From Clostridia bacterium (lineage in GTDB: Bacteria > Bacillota > Clostridia > Oscillospirales > Acutalibacteraceae), in assembly GCA_017550105.1 (NCBI GenBank), contig JAFYLQ010000001.1, positions 34,566 through 98,565 on the forward strand: a DNA stretch of 64,000 bases, written 5' to 3'. The translations under genes were made by a program, and so were the position numbers. Shown in pieces: positions 19,066 through 28,269 of the stretch (its first letter is position 1; every line of letters begins with the position of its first letter). The notes beneath the pieces were generated by a model. The model worked only from the letters and a program-made list of their open reading frames with translations, was not told the origin of the DNA and searched no databases.

Positions 19066-20823
19066 TTATATTCTATACATCGTATACATATTAGCATAAA
19101 TGCCGTTTTTCTGTGTCAATTCCTCGTGGGTGCCGCTTTCGGCAATGCCGTCCTTGGTAATTACAAGAATTTTATCTGCATTTTTAATAGTCGTAAGTCT
19201 GTGGGCAACGGTGATGGTTGTTCTGCCCTGTGCAAGGCGTTCAAGGGATTGCTGAACAAGGAACTCGCTTTCGTTATCAAGGGCGCTTGTAGCCTCGTCA
19301 AGTATAAGTATTTTCGGGTTTTTAAGGAATACTCTTGCAATACTGATTCGTTGCTTCTGACCGCCCGAAAGCTTAACACCTCGTTCGCCGACGTAGGTGT
19401 CAAAGCCGTTGGGAAGATTATCAATAAAATCCTCTGCACCTGCAAGACGAGCCGCCTGACGGATTTCCTCTTCAGTAGCACCGGGCTTACCGTATTCAAT
19501 ATTTTCCCTTACCGTGCCCGAGAAAAGGTAAACGTCCTGTTGCACAACGCCGATATTTTCACGAAGTGATTTAAGCGTTACGTCACGTATATCGGTGCCG
19601 TCAATTTTTATGCTTCCTTCGGTGATTTCATAAAAACGGGGAATAAGGTTGCAAATTGTGGTTTTACCGCCACCCGAGGGTCCCACAAGGGCAAAGCTTT
19701 CGCCGCTACCGATGTTAAGATTTATGCGGTTTAAAATTTCCTCGGTATCATCAGAATATTTAAAGGTTACGTTGTCAAAATCAATTCTGCCCTCGGTAAC
19801 CTCAAGGGGAACGGCATTTTTCTTGTCCTTAATATCGGGGTCGATATCCATAATATCCGCAAAACGCTCAATACCCGTCATACCACGCTGGAACTGTTCA
19901 ACAAAGTCCACAAGCTTTCTGATTGCGGTAAGGAGCATTGCCGCATACATAAGGTATGCAACGTAGTCGGGGGCAGAAATTCTTTCGTTAAGAATGAAAA
20001 ATGCACCGATTACTGCCACAACAATGTACATTATGCCCTCAAAAACTCTGTTTACAGAGCTGTATGAGCCCATAAATTTGTACATTACCGCTTTAATATC
20101 GAGGAACTTTTCGTTTCCGTGCTTGAATTTATTTTCCTCTATATTTTCATTGGCAAAGGATTTAACAACCCTTACACCCAGAAGGCTGTCTTCAATCTGT
20201 GCGTTTAATTCACCAAGTGTCACACGGCTTTCGCGCATACTGTCCTTCATTCGTGTTTTAAAATATTTAAGACACACAGCCATTAAGGGGATAACTGCGA
20301 ACATTATAAGCGTAAGGAAAATATCCATTCTTGCAAGGATTATGAAGGATACAACAATTTTAACTCCCGCTATAAAGAATTCCTCAGGGCAATGGTGTGC
20401 AAACTCCGTAACGTCAAAAAGGTCACTTGTAAAGCGGGACATTATTGTGCCCACCTTGGTTTCGTCGTAGTAGGAGTAGGGTAGCTTGTGAAGATGCTCG
20501 AACATATCACGGCGCATATCCGTTTCCATCTTGGTGCCCATAATGTGACCCACCGACGCCATATAATAGTTGGCAATAGCATCAATTATACGTAAGGCGA
20601 TGTAAATACCGCCCATTGTCAGTATGGTTCTTGCAGTAAGCAAAGCGATGTTTTCAATCGCCGTGTCCGTAATGTGGCGGACAAAAAGAGGCAAAATCAA
20701 TTCGCATATTGTGGTTAATGCCGCACAGAAAAGGTCAAGAAACAACGTTTTAACGTGGGGCTTATAGTAGGGTAAAAATCGCTTAATTAACTTAGCGTTG
20801 CCTGATTTGTTTTTGTTTTTCAT
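19066..20823 (-). CDS. ABC transporter, fused permease/ATP-binding protein (MsbA-like exporter)
   Basis: 585 aa. Walker A GPSGGGKTT, signature LSGGQKQR, Walker B LILDEATS. Confidence 0.9.
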   Translation of the reverse strand: MKNKNKSGNAKLIKRFLPYYKPHVKTLFLDLFCAALTTICELILPLFVRHITDTAIENIALLTARTILTMGGIYIALRIIDAIANYYMASVGHIMGTKMETDMRRDMFEHLHKLPYSYYDETKVGTIMSRFTSDLFDVTEFAHHCPEEFFIAGVKIVVSFIILARMDIFLTLIMFAVIPLMAVCLKYFKTRMKDSMRESRVTLGELNAQIEDSLLGVRVVKSFANENIEENKFKHGNEKFLDIKAVMYKFMGSYSSVNRVFEGIMYIVVAVIGAFFILNERISAPDYVAYLMYAAMLLTAIRKLVDFVEQFQRGMTGIERFADIMDIDPDIKDKKNAVPLEVTEGRIDFDNVTFKYSDDTEEILNRINLNIGSGESFALVGPSGGGKTTICNLIPRFYEITEGSIKIDGTDIRDVTLKSLRENIGVVQQDVYLFSGTVRENIEYGKPGATEEEIRQAARLAGAEDFIDNLPNGFDTYVGERGVKLSGGQKQRISIARVFLKNPKILILDEATSALDNESEFLVQQSLERLAQGRTTITVAHRLTTIKNADKILVITKDGIAESGTHEELTQKNGIYANMYTMYRI

Positions 20824-20968
20824 ATTAACTCCTAAAGAACAAACTTATACAAATATATGTTATCACAAAATACAAATCTGTTCAATAAACTTATTATATA
20901 TTACACAATTGATTTGACTTTTTTTGAGTGCTATAATTAAGAAAAATCAAAGAATAACAGGTGGTTTT

Positions 20969-22204
20969 ATGAAAATTATAAAAATCGGTATATTCGGTGC
21001 AGGCCGCGGTGGCACGTTTATTGATAATATCGTCAATAACCACGGCGAGGTTGTTGCCCTTTGCGACAAAAGGGTTGAAGCAATGGAGGAAGTTGCGGCG
21101 GAAATGGAAAATAAACCCGCTATGTATACGGATTTTGAGGAATTCTTAAACCACGATATGGATGCGGTTTTTCTTGCAAATTACTTCCACGAGCACGCCG
21201 GATACGCCATTCGTTGCCTTGAAAAGGACCTGAACGTTATTTCGGAATGTGTCAGCAACGGCACTATGGCAGAGGGCGTAGCGTTAGTAAGAGCCGCAAA
21301 AAAGAGCAAGGGCATTTATATGCTTTCGGAAAATTACCCCTATATGATTTTTAATCAGGAAATGCGAAGGGTTTACGAAAGCGGTGCTTTGGGCAAGGTG
21401 CTTTTTGCCGAGGGCGAGTACAATCACCCGTTTAATCTTGACGATTTGGAATACCACAGACCCTTACGTCCCCATCCCGACCATTGGCGTAATTTCCTGC
21501 CCCGTTCATATTATATTACCCACTCGTTGGCACCCCTTATGTATATTACGGGCTCTTTCCCCGTAAGGGTTTCGGCAATGCCTGTTTTTGAGCCCTTTAA
21601 TGAATACAAGCACGTGGGCTCGGTAGTGGGTGACAGAGCAACAATTATCACCTGCCTTAACGACGATAATTCCGTTTTCCGTGTAACGGGCTGTGCCGCC
21701 TTCGGTGCTCACGAAAACTCATACCGAGTGTGTGGCACCAAGGGTCAGATTGAAAACTTAAGAGGTATGGGCGACAAGGTGATGCTACGCTTCAACGATT
21801 GGGAAAAGCCCGAGGGCTACGAGAACGACAACCTTTACGAGCCCCAATGGAGCCTTGAGGATAAAGAACTTGCGGAAAAAGCAGGGCACGGCGGCGGTGA
21901 TTTCTTTGTAATTAAAGAATTTTTTGACTGCATCCGTGAAAACAGGAGACCTCAGTTTGACGAGCATTTTGCAACAATCTGCTCATCCGTTGCAATTTTA
22001 AGTCACCGCAGTGCATTAGAAAAGGGTATACCTTACGATATACCCGATTTTCGCAATGAAGAGGATTGCGTTAAATATGAAAATGATTTCAGCACACCCA
22101 TTCCGGGTAGTGACGGCAAAAAGCCCGATATGCCCTGTTGCTCACATCCTGATTATAAGCCGAGTTCTGAGCAATTTGAAGCGTATCTTGAAATGTTAAA
22201 GTAA
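20969..22204 (+). CDS. Gfo/Idh/MocA family oxidoreductase
   Basis: N-terminal Rossmann motif IGIFGAGRGG. The ATG at 20969 follows AGGTGG. Confidence 0.8.
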   Translation: MKIIKIGIFGAGRGGTFIDNIVNNHGEVVALCDKRVEAMEEVAAEMENKPAMYTDFEEFLNHDMDAVFLANYFHEHAGYAIRCLEKDLNVISECVSNGTMAEGVALVRAAKKSKGIYMLSENYPYMIFNQEMRRVYESGALGKVLFAEGEYNHPFNLDDLEYHRPLRPHPDHWRNFLPRSYYITHSLAPLMYITGSFPVRVSAMPVFEPFNEYKHVGSVVGDRATIITCLNDDNSVFRVTGCAAFGAHENSYRVCGTKGQIENLRGMGDKVMLRFNDWEKPEGYENDNLYEPQWSLEDKELAEKAGHGGGDFFVIKEFFDCIRENRRPQFDEHFATICSSVAILSHRSALEKGIPYDIPDFRNEEDCVKYENDFSTPIPGSDGKKPDMPCCSHPDYKPSSEQFEAYLEMLK

Positions 22205-22795
22205 ATGACTTGTGTCATTAAGGAATTTTAATTTGGTTTTAATAACACCGTCTTCCTTAAGGTAATTGACTAAGGTAACCCCCGTGTTAAGATGTGAAAA
22301 ATTAAAGTTCTCTTTAAAGGGAAAGTCGAGAGCCGCAAGGACCAAATAGGAGTTAAAGGTGCCGTGTGCCACAAGCACAATTGTTGAACCAAAATCGTTT
22401 TCTGATTTGATTTTATTGATGACGCTTTTTGCACGATTGTAAGCAATTTCATCATTTTCAAACCCCAAAGCTTTACGGGGAAGTATAGTGGCATCGGGAA
22501 TGACCTTAAGTAAATCAGTGTCGGGCAAGCCCGTGTATTCAGGGTCAGTTCCCTTTTCAAGAAGTGAACAGTCAATTATAACGGGCACGTCCTTATGGTG
22601 ATTTTTAATTGCCCCTGCGGTTTTCACCGCTCTTATAAGAGGACTTGTGTAGATTTTATCTATTTTTTCATTTTTAAATCTTGCGCCTAAAAGGTCAGCC
22701 TGATTTTCACCGTTGGGCGTAAGGTCGGTTTCCGTAAAGCCGTCACCGTTTAAATTGCCGTAGGTTTCGCCGTGGCGGACAATATAAATAAACAT
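22196..22795 (-). CDS. Histidine phosphatase family protein
   Basis: 199 aa with the N-terminal RHGET motif. Confidence 0.8.
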   Translation of the reverse strand: MFIYIVRHGETYGNLNGDGFTETDLTPNGENQADLLGARFKNEKIDKIYTSPLIRAVKTAGAIKNHHKDVPVIIDCSLLEKGTDPEYTGLPDTDLLKVIPDATILPRKALGFENDEIAYNRAKSVINKIKSENDFGSTIVLVAHGTFNSYLVLAALDFPFKENFNFSHLNTGVTLVNYLKEDGVIKTKLKFLNDTSHLL

Positions 22796-22810
22796 TAGTT
22801 ATCACCTCTG

Positions 22811-22997
22811 AAATCTTATTTTGCGAAAGCAAAATATATCGAGCCGACAGGTATATCGAGTCGCTTGCGACATATCGAACGCGTAAGCGTATATCGACAG
22901 TCGATATGTTTATCTTTCGATAAACTCGATATATTGCAGAGCAATTCGATATATTTTCACTTCGTTCAAATTCGATATGTTGTGCTTTGCACAACGA
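22811..22997. repeat. Mirrored word-hairpin array: 4 forward ATATCGA words, then 5 reverse TCGATAT-like words, separated by GC-closed mini-hairpins
   Basis: Forward words at 22836, 22853, 22872 and 22891; reverse words at 22901, 22917, 22927, 22946 and 22972. Confidence 0.85.
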
Positions 22998-23009
22998 GTA
23001 TGTAAACAA

Positions 23010-23357
23010 TTAGTTGTTGTTTTTTGCCGTAGTGATTGATGCAATAAGTCGACGTCTTATTGAGCCCGCAAACTTTTTTGTTTCAAAATACTCTTTTTCA
23101 GAAATGGCCTTTTTTCTGAAAATCAACTCAATCCAGTACTCTGTTTCAGCAACCTCTTTCAAAGCGATTTCGAGTTTGTTTATGAAATCGGCACGGCTTT
23201 GTGCGTATTTTGCTTCGTGAATATTGGCGCCGATAGAAGATGAGGAGCGGATAAGTTGATTTTTGTACACAGAGCAACCTTGTATGTTTTCGCACATATC
23301 AGAAATCGTAATGGCGAAAGATATAGAATCCTCACGTAATATGTTTTTATTACCCAT
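23010..23357 (-). CDS. Four-helix-bundle protein (PF05635 / TIGR02436 family), paralogue of 18534..18887
   Basis: 115 aa with SIGANIHEA...ADFINKLEIALKEVAETEYW. RBS AAGGAG. Confidence 0.85.
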   Translation of the reverse strand: MGNKNILREDSISFAITISDMCENIQGCSVYKNQLIRSSSSIGANIHEAKYAQSRADFINKLEIALKEVAETEYWIELIFRKKAISEKEYFETKKFAGSIRRRLIASITTAKNNN

Positions 23358-23372
23358 ATTGTTTCTCCTTAT

Positions 23373-23440
23373 AAATCTTATTTTGCGAAAGCAAAATATA
23401 TCGAGCCGACAGGTATATCGACAGTCGATATGTTTATCTT
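23373..23440. repeat. Short copy of the ATATCGA array
   Basis: 23373..23421 is identical to 22811..22859, and 23422..23440 is identical to 22898..22916. This is the left array with 38 bp deleted between two words. Confidence 0.9.
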
Positions 23441-23554
23441 AAGTATACACTTGCAAAGATAATTATTCAATGTATTTTAAATGTTTCTTGCATTAACAGA
23501 GGAAAGCGTGTAAAATTATAAAAAAGCAAATATCAATAAAGAGGGAATACTTTT

Positions 23555-24094
23555 ATGAAATTAGAAGAAACAAAATTATCATCAACCGAAATTTTTGACG
23601 GTGTGGCAATACACCTTTTTAAGGATGAAATTCTTTTGCCCAACGGCAACAAGGGTGTCAGAGAGGTTATACGTCATCCCGGTGCGGTGTGCGTTATACC
23701 CATTACCGAGGATGGTGACGTTATATTTGTAAATCAGTTCAGATATGCTTTTAACAAGGTAACTCTCGAAATTCCTGCAGGTAAGCTTGAAAAGGGTGAG
23801 GACCACCTTGAGGCGGCACTGAGGGAGCTTTCTGAGGAAACGGGACTCAGTGCAAAAAACGTTGTTCCCATGGGTGAGCTTTATACAACCCCTGCGCTTA
23901 TTGACGAGGTTATTTATATGTACCTTGCAACGGATTTAACCGAGGGTGAGCAACACCTTGATGAGGATGAATTTATAAACACTATTAAAATTCCCCTCAC
24001 TAAAGCGGTTGAAATGGTAATGAACGGCGAAATCAGAGATTCAAAAACACAGATAATGATTTTAAAAGCCGACAAGTATTTAAACAATAAATAA
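23555..24094 (+). CDS. NUDIX hydrolase (ADP-ribose pyrophosphatase-like)
   Basis: 179 aa with Nudix box GKLEKGEDHLEAALRELSEETG. Confidence 0.85.
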   Translation: MKLEETKLSSTEIFDGVAIHLFKDEILLPNGNKGVREVIRHPGAVCVIPITEDGDVIFVNQFRYAFNKVTLEIPAGKLEKGEDHLEAALRELSEETGLSAKNVVPMGELYTTPALIDEVIYMYLATDLTEGEQHLDEDEFINTIKIPLTKAVEMVMNGEIRDSKTQIMILKADKYLNNK

Positions 24095-24140
24095 AAAATC
24101 GACCGATTCGTTCATCAAAAACGAGTCGGTCGAATATTTT
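24094..24140. terminator. Bidirectional terminator
   Basis: Stem TCGACCGATTCG / CGAGTCGGTCGA between convergent genes. Confidence 0.65.
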
Positions 24141-24146
24141 GTATTC

Positions 24147-24842
24147 TTATTTAGCTTTCTTGTCAAGGAAGCCCACTTTATACATAATGAATGCGAACAC
24201 AACGGATGCGATGATGCCGGGGATAAGAAGTGTTGATGCACCGATATCGGGAACAAAAACAAGAATTGCAAGCATAAAGAGAATGGGTGCGAATGAAAGC
24301 TTCCAATGCTTTACAAAGTAGCCTGCGCCGAGAGCACCGAAAAGAGCGGGAAGAACCTGCTTGAATGCGGGTACAAGAAGGGGGCTGCTTGTAAAGGAAT
24401 CAAGGAAGGGGGCAAAGGCGATAATACCGATTGCAAGTACAGCGGTTGTAACTATTGCAGAGGTTGCAATAGCGATTGTTGAAATAACGTCGCCTTCCTC
24501 AGATGTTGCCTTAACCTTTGCATTTTCCATCGCGCTGATAGCACAGGGGAGCTTAAGGTTAACGATGTTACCTGTTACGAAGCTAAGGTAGGTACCGCCG
24601 GCACCAAGCATGGGAGTGTAGAAAATAACCTCTACAACCGCTAACGCCCAGTACAAGGGGGCAACCTTAAGCAAGCCGTTTAAAACATATGACAAAAACG
24701 TTTTATCCGGTACAACACCAAGATAAAGAGTGATTGCTAGGGGGAACATCAAAAGAACGAAAAGGGCAGAGATAGATGAGATTCTACCCCAGCTATGGAC
24801 ACTGTCAAAATATGACTTCTGCTTTTTAGTTTTCTTTGCCAT
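24147..24842 (-). CDS. Polytopic membrane protein, unknown function
   Basis: Multiple hydrophobic spans. The ATG at 24842 follows GGAGGGG and lies 2 nt after the stop of the upstream gene. Confidence 0.6.
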   Translation of the reverse strand: MAKKTKKQKSYFDSVHSWGRISSISALFVLLMFPLAITLYLGVVPDKTFLSYVLNGLLKVAPLYWALAVVEVIFYTPMLGAGGTYLSFVTGNIVNLKLPCAISAMENAKVKATSEEGDVISTIAIATSAIVTTAVLAIGIIAFAPFLDSFTSSPLLVPAFKQVLPALFGALGAGYFVKHWKLSFAPILFMLAILVFVPDIGASTLLIPGIIASVVFAFIMYKVGFLDKKAK

Positions 24843-24844
24843 GC

Positions 24845-25771
24845 TTAACCCCTCCATTCAATTATTACAATATCTTTTAAACTCATCAGCTTTTCGCCAA
24901 TCCAATCAAGTGCAGCAACGTCGGTTGCTTCAACTAATTTTTGACCGATTTCAGGTAAGTTGTATGCAAGAACTGCAACAACCATACCTGCAATCATACC
25001 GATGGGCATAACGAAGGGCTCGAGCCATGTGAGCTTGCACTTTTTGGCAACCAATTCAAGAACGATTGAAACTGCGATTGAAGTAACGAGCGTTAAAATT
25101 GAAAGAACGCCTGCGCCGTCAATAGCAACGTCGGGTTTACCGGAGCCCAAGATTGCATTTGCAACGTATGCACCTATAAGACCGATGAAAAGTGCAGGAG
25201 TAACGTAGTCAACAAAGCCTGCGAAGCCACGCTTCTTTTTGGGCTTTGCGGCATCCGCTGCTACTGTTGCTGCTTCTTCTGCAACGGGTTCCTCATCAGT
25301 CTTCTGGTTGAGCTTGAGGAATTTTTTGTGCAAGGGCTTTGCAACAAAGGGAAGAATGATAAGTGAGAAGCAAATACCGATGGTCATAACCCATGCAATA
25401 CCTGCGTAAACTTCGGGGTCTGTGATTTTTTCACTGATACCGGTTGTAATGCCGAAGGCCTCAATGGCATTGGTAGCCGCAACAGTTTCGTATGTAAGGT
25501 TACCGATAACCGAAAGACGTACCCAAGGGATAACAAGACCCAATGCGGGGGCAAGGGCAATAACTGTTGCGAGTACTGAAAGTGCTGAGGGAATTGTAAA
25601 CAATGCACTTGAAGTAACAGCGCTAATGAGTTTCTTTTTGTCGATGCCGATTTTTCTGCCGTGCTTCCATGCTTTAATGAGGAAGAACAAGGACTGGCCA
25701 AGAACAAAAAGAATAACTGCGCCGGCTATAAGGTATAAGCCGATGGAGCCATTATCAAATTTTGCTGGCAT
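24845..25771 (-). CDS. Polytopic membrane protein, unknown function (operon partner of 24147..24842)
   Basis: 308 aa with several TM spans and a charged central loop. Confidence 0.6.
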   Translation of the reverse strand: MPAKFDNGSIGLYLIAGAVILFVLGQSLFFLIKAWKHGRKIGIDKKKLISAVTSSALFTIPSALSVLATVIALAPALGLVIPWVRLSVIGNLTYETVAATNAIEAFGITTGISEKITDPEVYAGIAWVMTIGICFSLIILPFVAKPLHKKFLKLNQKTDEEPVAEEAATVAADAAKPKKKRGFAGFVDYVTPALFIGLIGAYVANAILGSGKPDVAIDGAGVLSILTLVTSIAVSIVLELVAKKCKLTWLEPFVMPIGMIAGMVVAVLAYNLPEIGQKLVEATDVAALDWIGEKLMSLKDIVIIEWRG

Positions 25772-25826
25772 AGTATCACTACTTTCTTTTTTAATAATGA
25801 AATTATAGAGAATTTTTTAAATTGTG

Positions 25827-26297
25827 TCAATAAGTAATAAGGTTTTTATTAATACACATAATGCCTTTTTCGGTAATATCCACCACTCCGTAAAAGCCTT
25901 CCTTTATGCTACCGGGATTGAAATAATAAACACCGTCCTTGTACTGCTTCGTGGGTTGGTGGGTGTGACCGAAAAGCACAAGGTCGCAGCCCTCGTTTTT
26001 GGCTCTTTCCTCAAGGTCAAAAAGACCGAACTTTACCTTTTCAACATAGCCGTGGGTGGCGTAAATTTTAGTGTTGTCAAGGGTGCGGACGTCCTTTTCG
26101 GGCAAGTCGCAGGAAAAGTCGCAGTTACCCCGTACACCGATAAAGAATTTTTTGTCCGAATAAGCACAATTAAGCTCCTCGTATTCTCTGTAGCCGTCAC
26201 CTAAAAAATAAACCACGTCAGCCGCAGTTTCACGGTTAATTGCCTCAAATAAATTTCCCCAGGCTCCGTGGGAGTCCGAAACCACAACCAACCTCAA
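25827..26297 (-). CDS. YfcE/MJ0936-family metallophosphoesterase
   Basis: 156 aa with VVSDSHG, GDG, GNCD and GHTH motifs. TTG start. Confidence 0.85.
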   Translation of the reverse strand: MRLVVVSDSHGAWGNLFEAINRETAADVVYFLGDGYREYEELNCAYSDKKFFIGVRGNCDFSCDLPEKDVRTLDNTKIYATHGYVEKVKFGLFDLEERAKNEGCDLVLFGHTHQPTKQYKDGVYYFNPGSIKEGFYGVVDITEKGIMCINKNLITY

Positions 26298-26360
26298 GAA
26301 TAATCACCGCCCCTGAAAAATATATTGTATAGATTATATATTTTAAAGGCGGCGATTTCA

Positions 26361-26603
26361 ATGGATAAAAACGAAAAAGCAAAATTTGATATTAACGAGC
26401 TTATAAAAAAAGCAAGGTCTGGCAAAACCACGGATGCAAGTAAGGAGCAGGTTGACGATTTTATAAATAATAATCTTTCGGAAAATCAGGCAAAGCAGGT
26501 AAGGGATTTGCTTTCGGACCCCGAAAAAACCAAAGCCGTTTTAAACAGTGATGCGGCAAAAATGATTTTTAAAAAATTCTTCGGGGGAAAGAGCGATGGC
26601 TGA
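26361..26603 (+). CDS. Hypothetical small charged protein
   Basis: ORF with a GGCGG RBS-like sequence, coupled to the next ORF through an ATGGCTGA overlap. Confidence 0.45.
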   Translation: MDKNEKAKFDINELIKKARSGKTTDASKEQVDDFINNNLSENQAKQVRDLLSDPEKTKAVLNSDAAKMIFKKFFGGKSDG

Positions 26604-26970
26604 TTTTGATATCAATGCGATTCTTAATTCACTTTCCCCCGAGGATATTGAAAATATAAAGCAGGCGGCATCGGGCATTTTCGGTAATATGGGTAATAAC
26701 GAACCCCCAAAAGAAAAAACTGAAACAAAAAAAGAGGGCTCCGTGCCCTTTCCCGACGGGCTTTCAGGCTTTGGTATGCCCGATTTATCCCAGCTTTCAC
26801 GACTTGCCCCCGTGTTCAAAGCCTTTAATTCGCAGGATGAACGGGTGGATTTTATTAATGCTCTTAAGCCCCTTTTGTCAAAGGATAGGCAGAGCAAGGC
26901 GGATGAGGCAATGAAGCTTGTAAAACTGATGTCCGTTTTACCCCTGCTTCGGGAAAGGGGGATTATGTAG
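26596..26970 (+). CDS. Hypothetical protein
   Basis: 124-aa ORF, translationally coupled on both sides. Confidence 0.5.
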   Translation: MADFDINAILNSLSPEDIENIKQAASGIFGNMGNNEPPKEKTETKKEGSVPFPDGLSGFGMPDLSQLSRLAPVFKAFNSQDERVDFINALKPLLSKDRQSKADEAMKLVKLMSVLPLLRERGIM

Positions 26971-27378
26971 TTGGCGGATTACACCTACAACGAAATGATG
27001 AAAATGCAGAACGACGCCATAAGAAGGGTGGAGGAGATGCAAAAACGAGCCCGACAAACCGTTGGGCTTCAGGATAAAAAGGAAAAAGAGGACCCGCCAC
27101 CTGAAATTCACCGTGACGAGCCCCGCAGGGTAAGTATGCCGAAGGACTACCTTGAAAACCTTAAAAGCTATGCGGCAAATTCATCACATAAGGCAGAGGA
27201 AAGGGAGTCCCCAAAAGAGAAAAACAAACCACCGAAAAAGGTGGAGAAAGCCGAAAACCCCTTCGGTGATTTGAATATGGATGAGGATAAAGCACTGCTT
27301 CTGTCACTTATACTTCTCTTGTCACAGGAGGGTGCGGATGAAATGCTTATAATGGCGTTAATTTATATGCTGACTTAA
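26971..27378 (+). CDS. Hypothetical protein (charged, Pro/Lys/Glu-rich, hydrophobic C-terminus)
   Basis: 135-aa ORF with a TTG start immediately after the preceding stop. Confidence 0.45.
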   Translation: MADYTYNEMMKMQNDAIRRVEEMQKRARQTVGLQDKKEKEDPPPEIHRDEPRRVSMPKDYLENLKSYAANSSHKAEERESPKEKNKPPKKVEKAENPFGDLNMDEDKALLLSLILLLSQEGADEMLIMALIYMLT

Positions 27379-28200
27379 ATAAGATATGGGGAATGAATCG
27401 GCTTTTGTTCTCGGCTTTTTCAAAAGCATTTCACTTACAAAAACACACCGCGAAAGCTTCACGTAGGGCAAAACGTAAAAAATGGGAACAACAAGCAAGC
27501 AACTTAATATCCAACCCAAAAAAGAGTATTCCAACAGTACCTGCTCGGCAAGAAAGCCGTCGGTAAAGCGGATGCTCTTTTTTATTGCGTCCTTTACCGT
27601 CATCTGCGGATTAAGGCAAAAATAATATACTGCCGCCGAGTATCTTGCAAGGGCGGCACGCCACATTACAAGGGATATTGAAAGCAACAGGCTTATACTG
27701 ACCGAAAGAATAATATGCATTACCGTTGACAGACCGTAAGCCGAATAAACGTAAATATCGCAAATTACACAAAGGGCACAGGGAAAAATAAAATACAAAA
27801 GCCAAAGCGCCTTGTAAAGGTTAAGGGTGGTATAAAATTTAAGGGCACGAAGGGCTTTTTTAGGTGAAGCGTATTTAAAAAGCAACCGAAGGCTACCTTT
27901 TGAGCCCTGTGCTCGGGTGAAGTATATAAATTGCTCACCCATTTTGATTCCCGAAGAAACCAAAGCGGTCAAAAAGAAAAGCCAAAGGTAGATTAATGCA
28001 GATACCACGGCAACCTCGGTGACCCCATATTGCGACGTAAGTGAAGTGAACAACGGTGATTTAATAAAGATAAATATTCCCGCAAGGGTTAATATTAGCC
28101 GACCCCACCGTAAGCAAAGGCTAAAAAGACTTATTGCAAAAAGTCGTAAATTGTTTCCTGATAAAAGATATTTTGCCTGTAAACGAATATTGGTGTTCAT
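27358..28200 (-). CDS. Integral membrane protein (DUF975-like)
   Basis: 280 aa with several TM spans. The N-terminal pattern resembles the DUF975 family. Confidence 0.55.
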   Translation of the reverse strand: MNTNIRLQAKYLLSGNNLRLFAISLFSLCLRWGRLILTLAGIFIFIKSPLFTSLTSQYGVTEVAVVSALIYLWLFFLTALVSSGIKMGEQFIYFTRAQGSKGSLRLLFKYASPKKALRALKFYTTLNLYKALWLLYFIFPCALCVICDIYVYSAYGLSTVMHIILSVSISLLLSISLVMWRAALARYSAAVYYFCLNPQMTVKDAIKKSIRFTDGFLAEQVLLEYSFLGWILSCLLVVPIFYVLPYVKLSRCVFVSEMLLKKPRTKADSFPISYLSQHIN

Positions 28201-28269
28201 AAAAGCCTCCGAAAAAATATCCGCAGAGCCATTGCCCTACGGATATATTTTTAACAGAAGATTTAATTT

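Noticed and set aside
22743-23009. 88-aa ORF on the minus strand across the ATATCGA array
   Set aside because: It reads straight through the repeat array, has no RBS, and its sequence is dictated by the repeats. It is most likely spurious.
18534-23357. A diversity-generating retroelement, since Avd belongs to the same four-helix-bundle family
   Set aside because: No reverse transcriptase ORF and no template/variable repeat pair with adenine-specific differences is visible near either gene.
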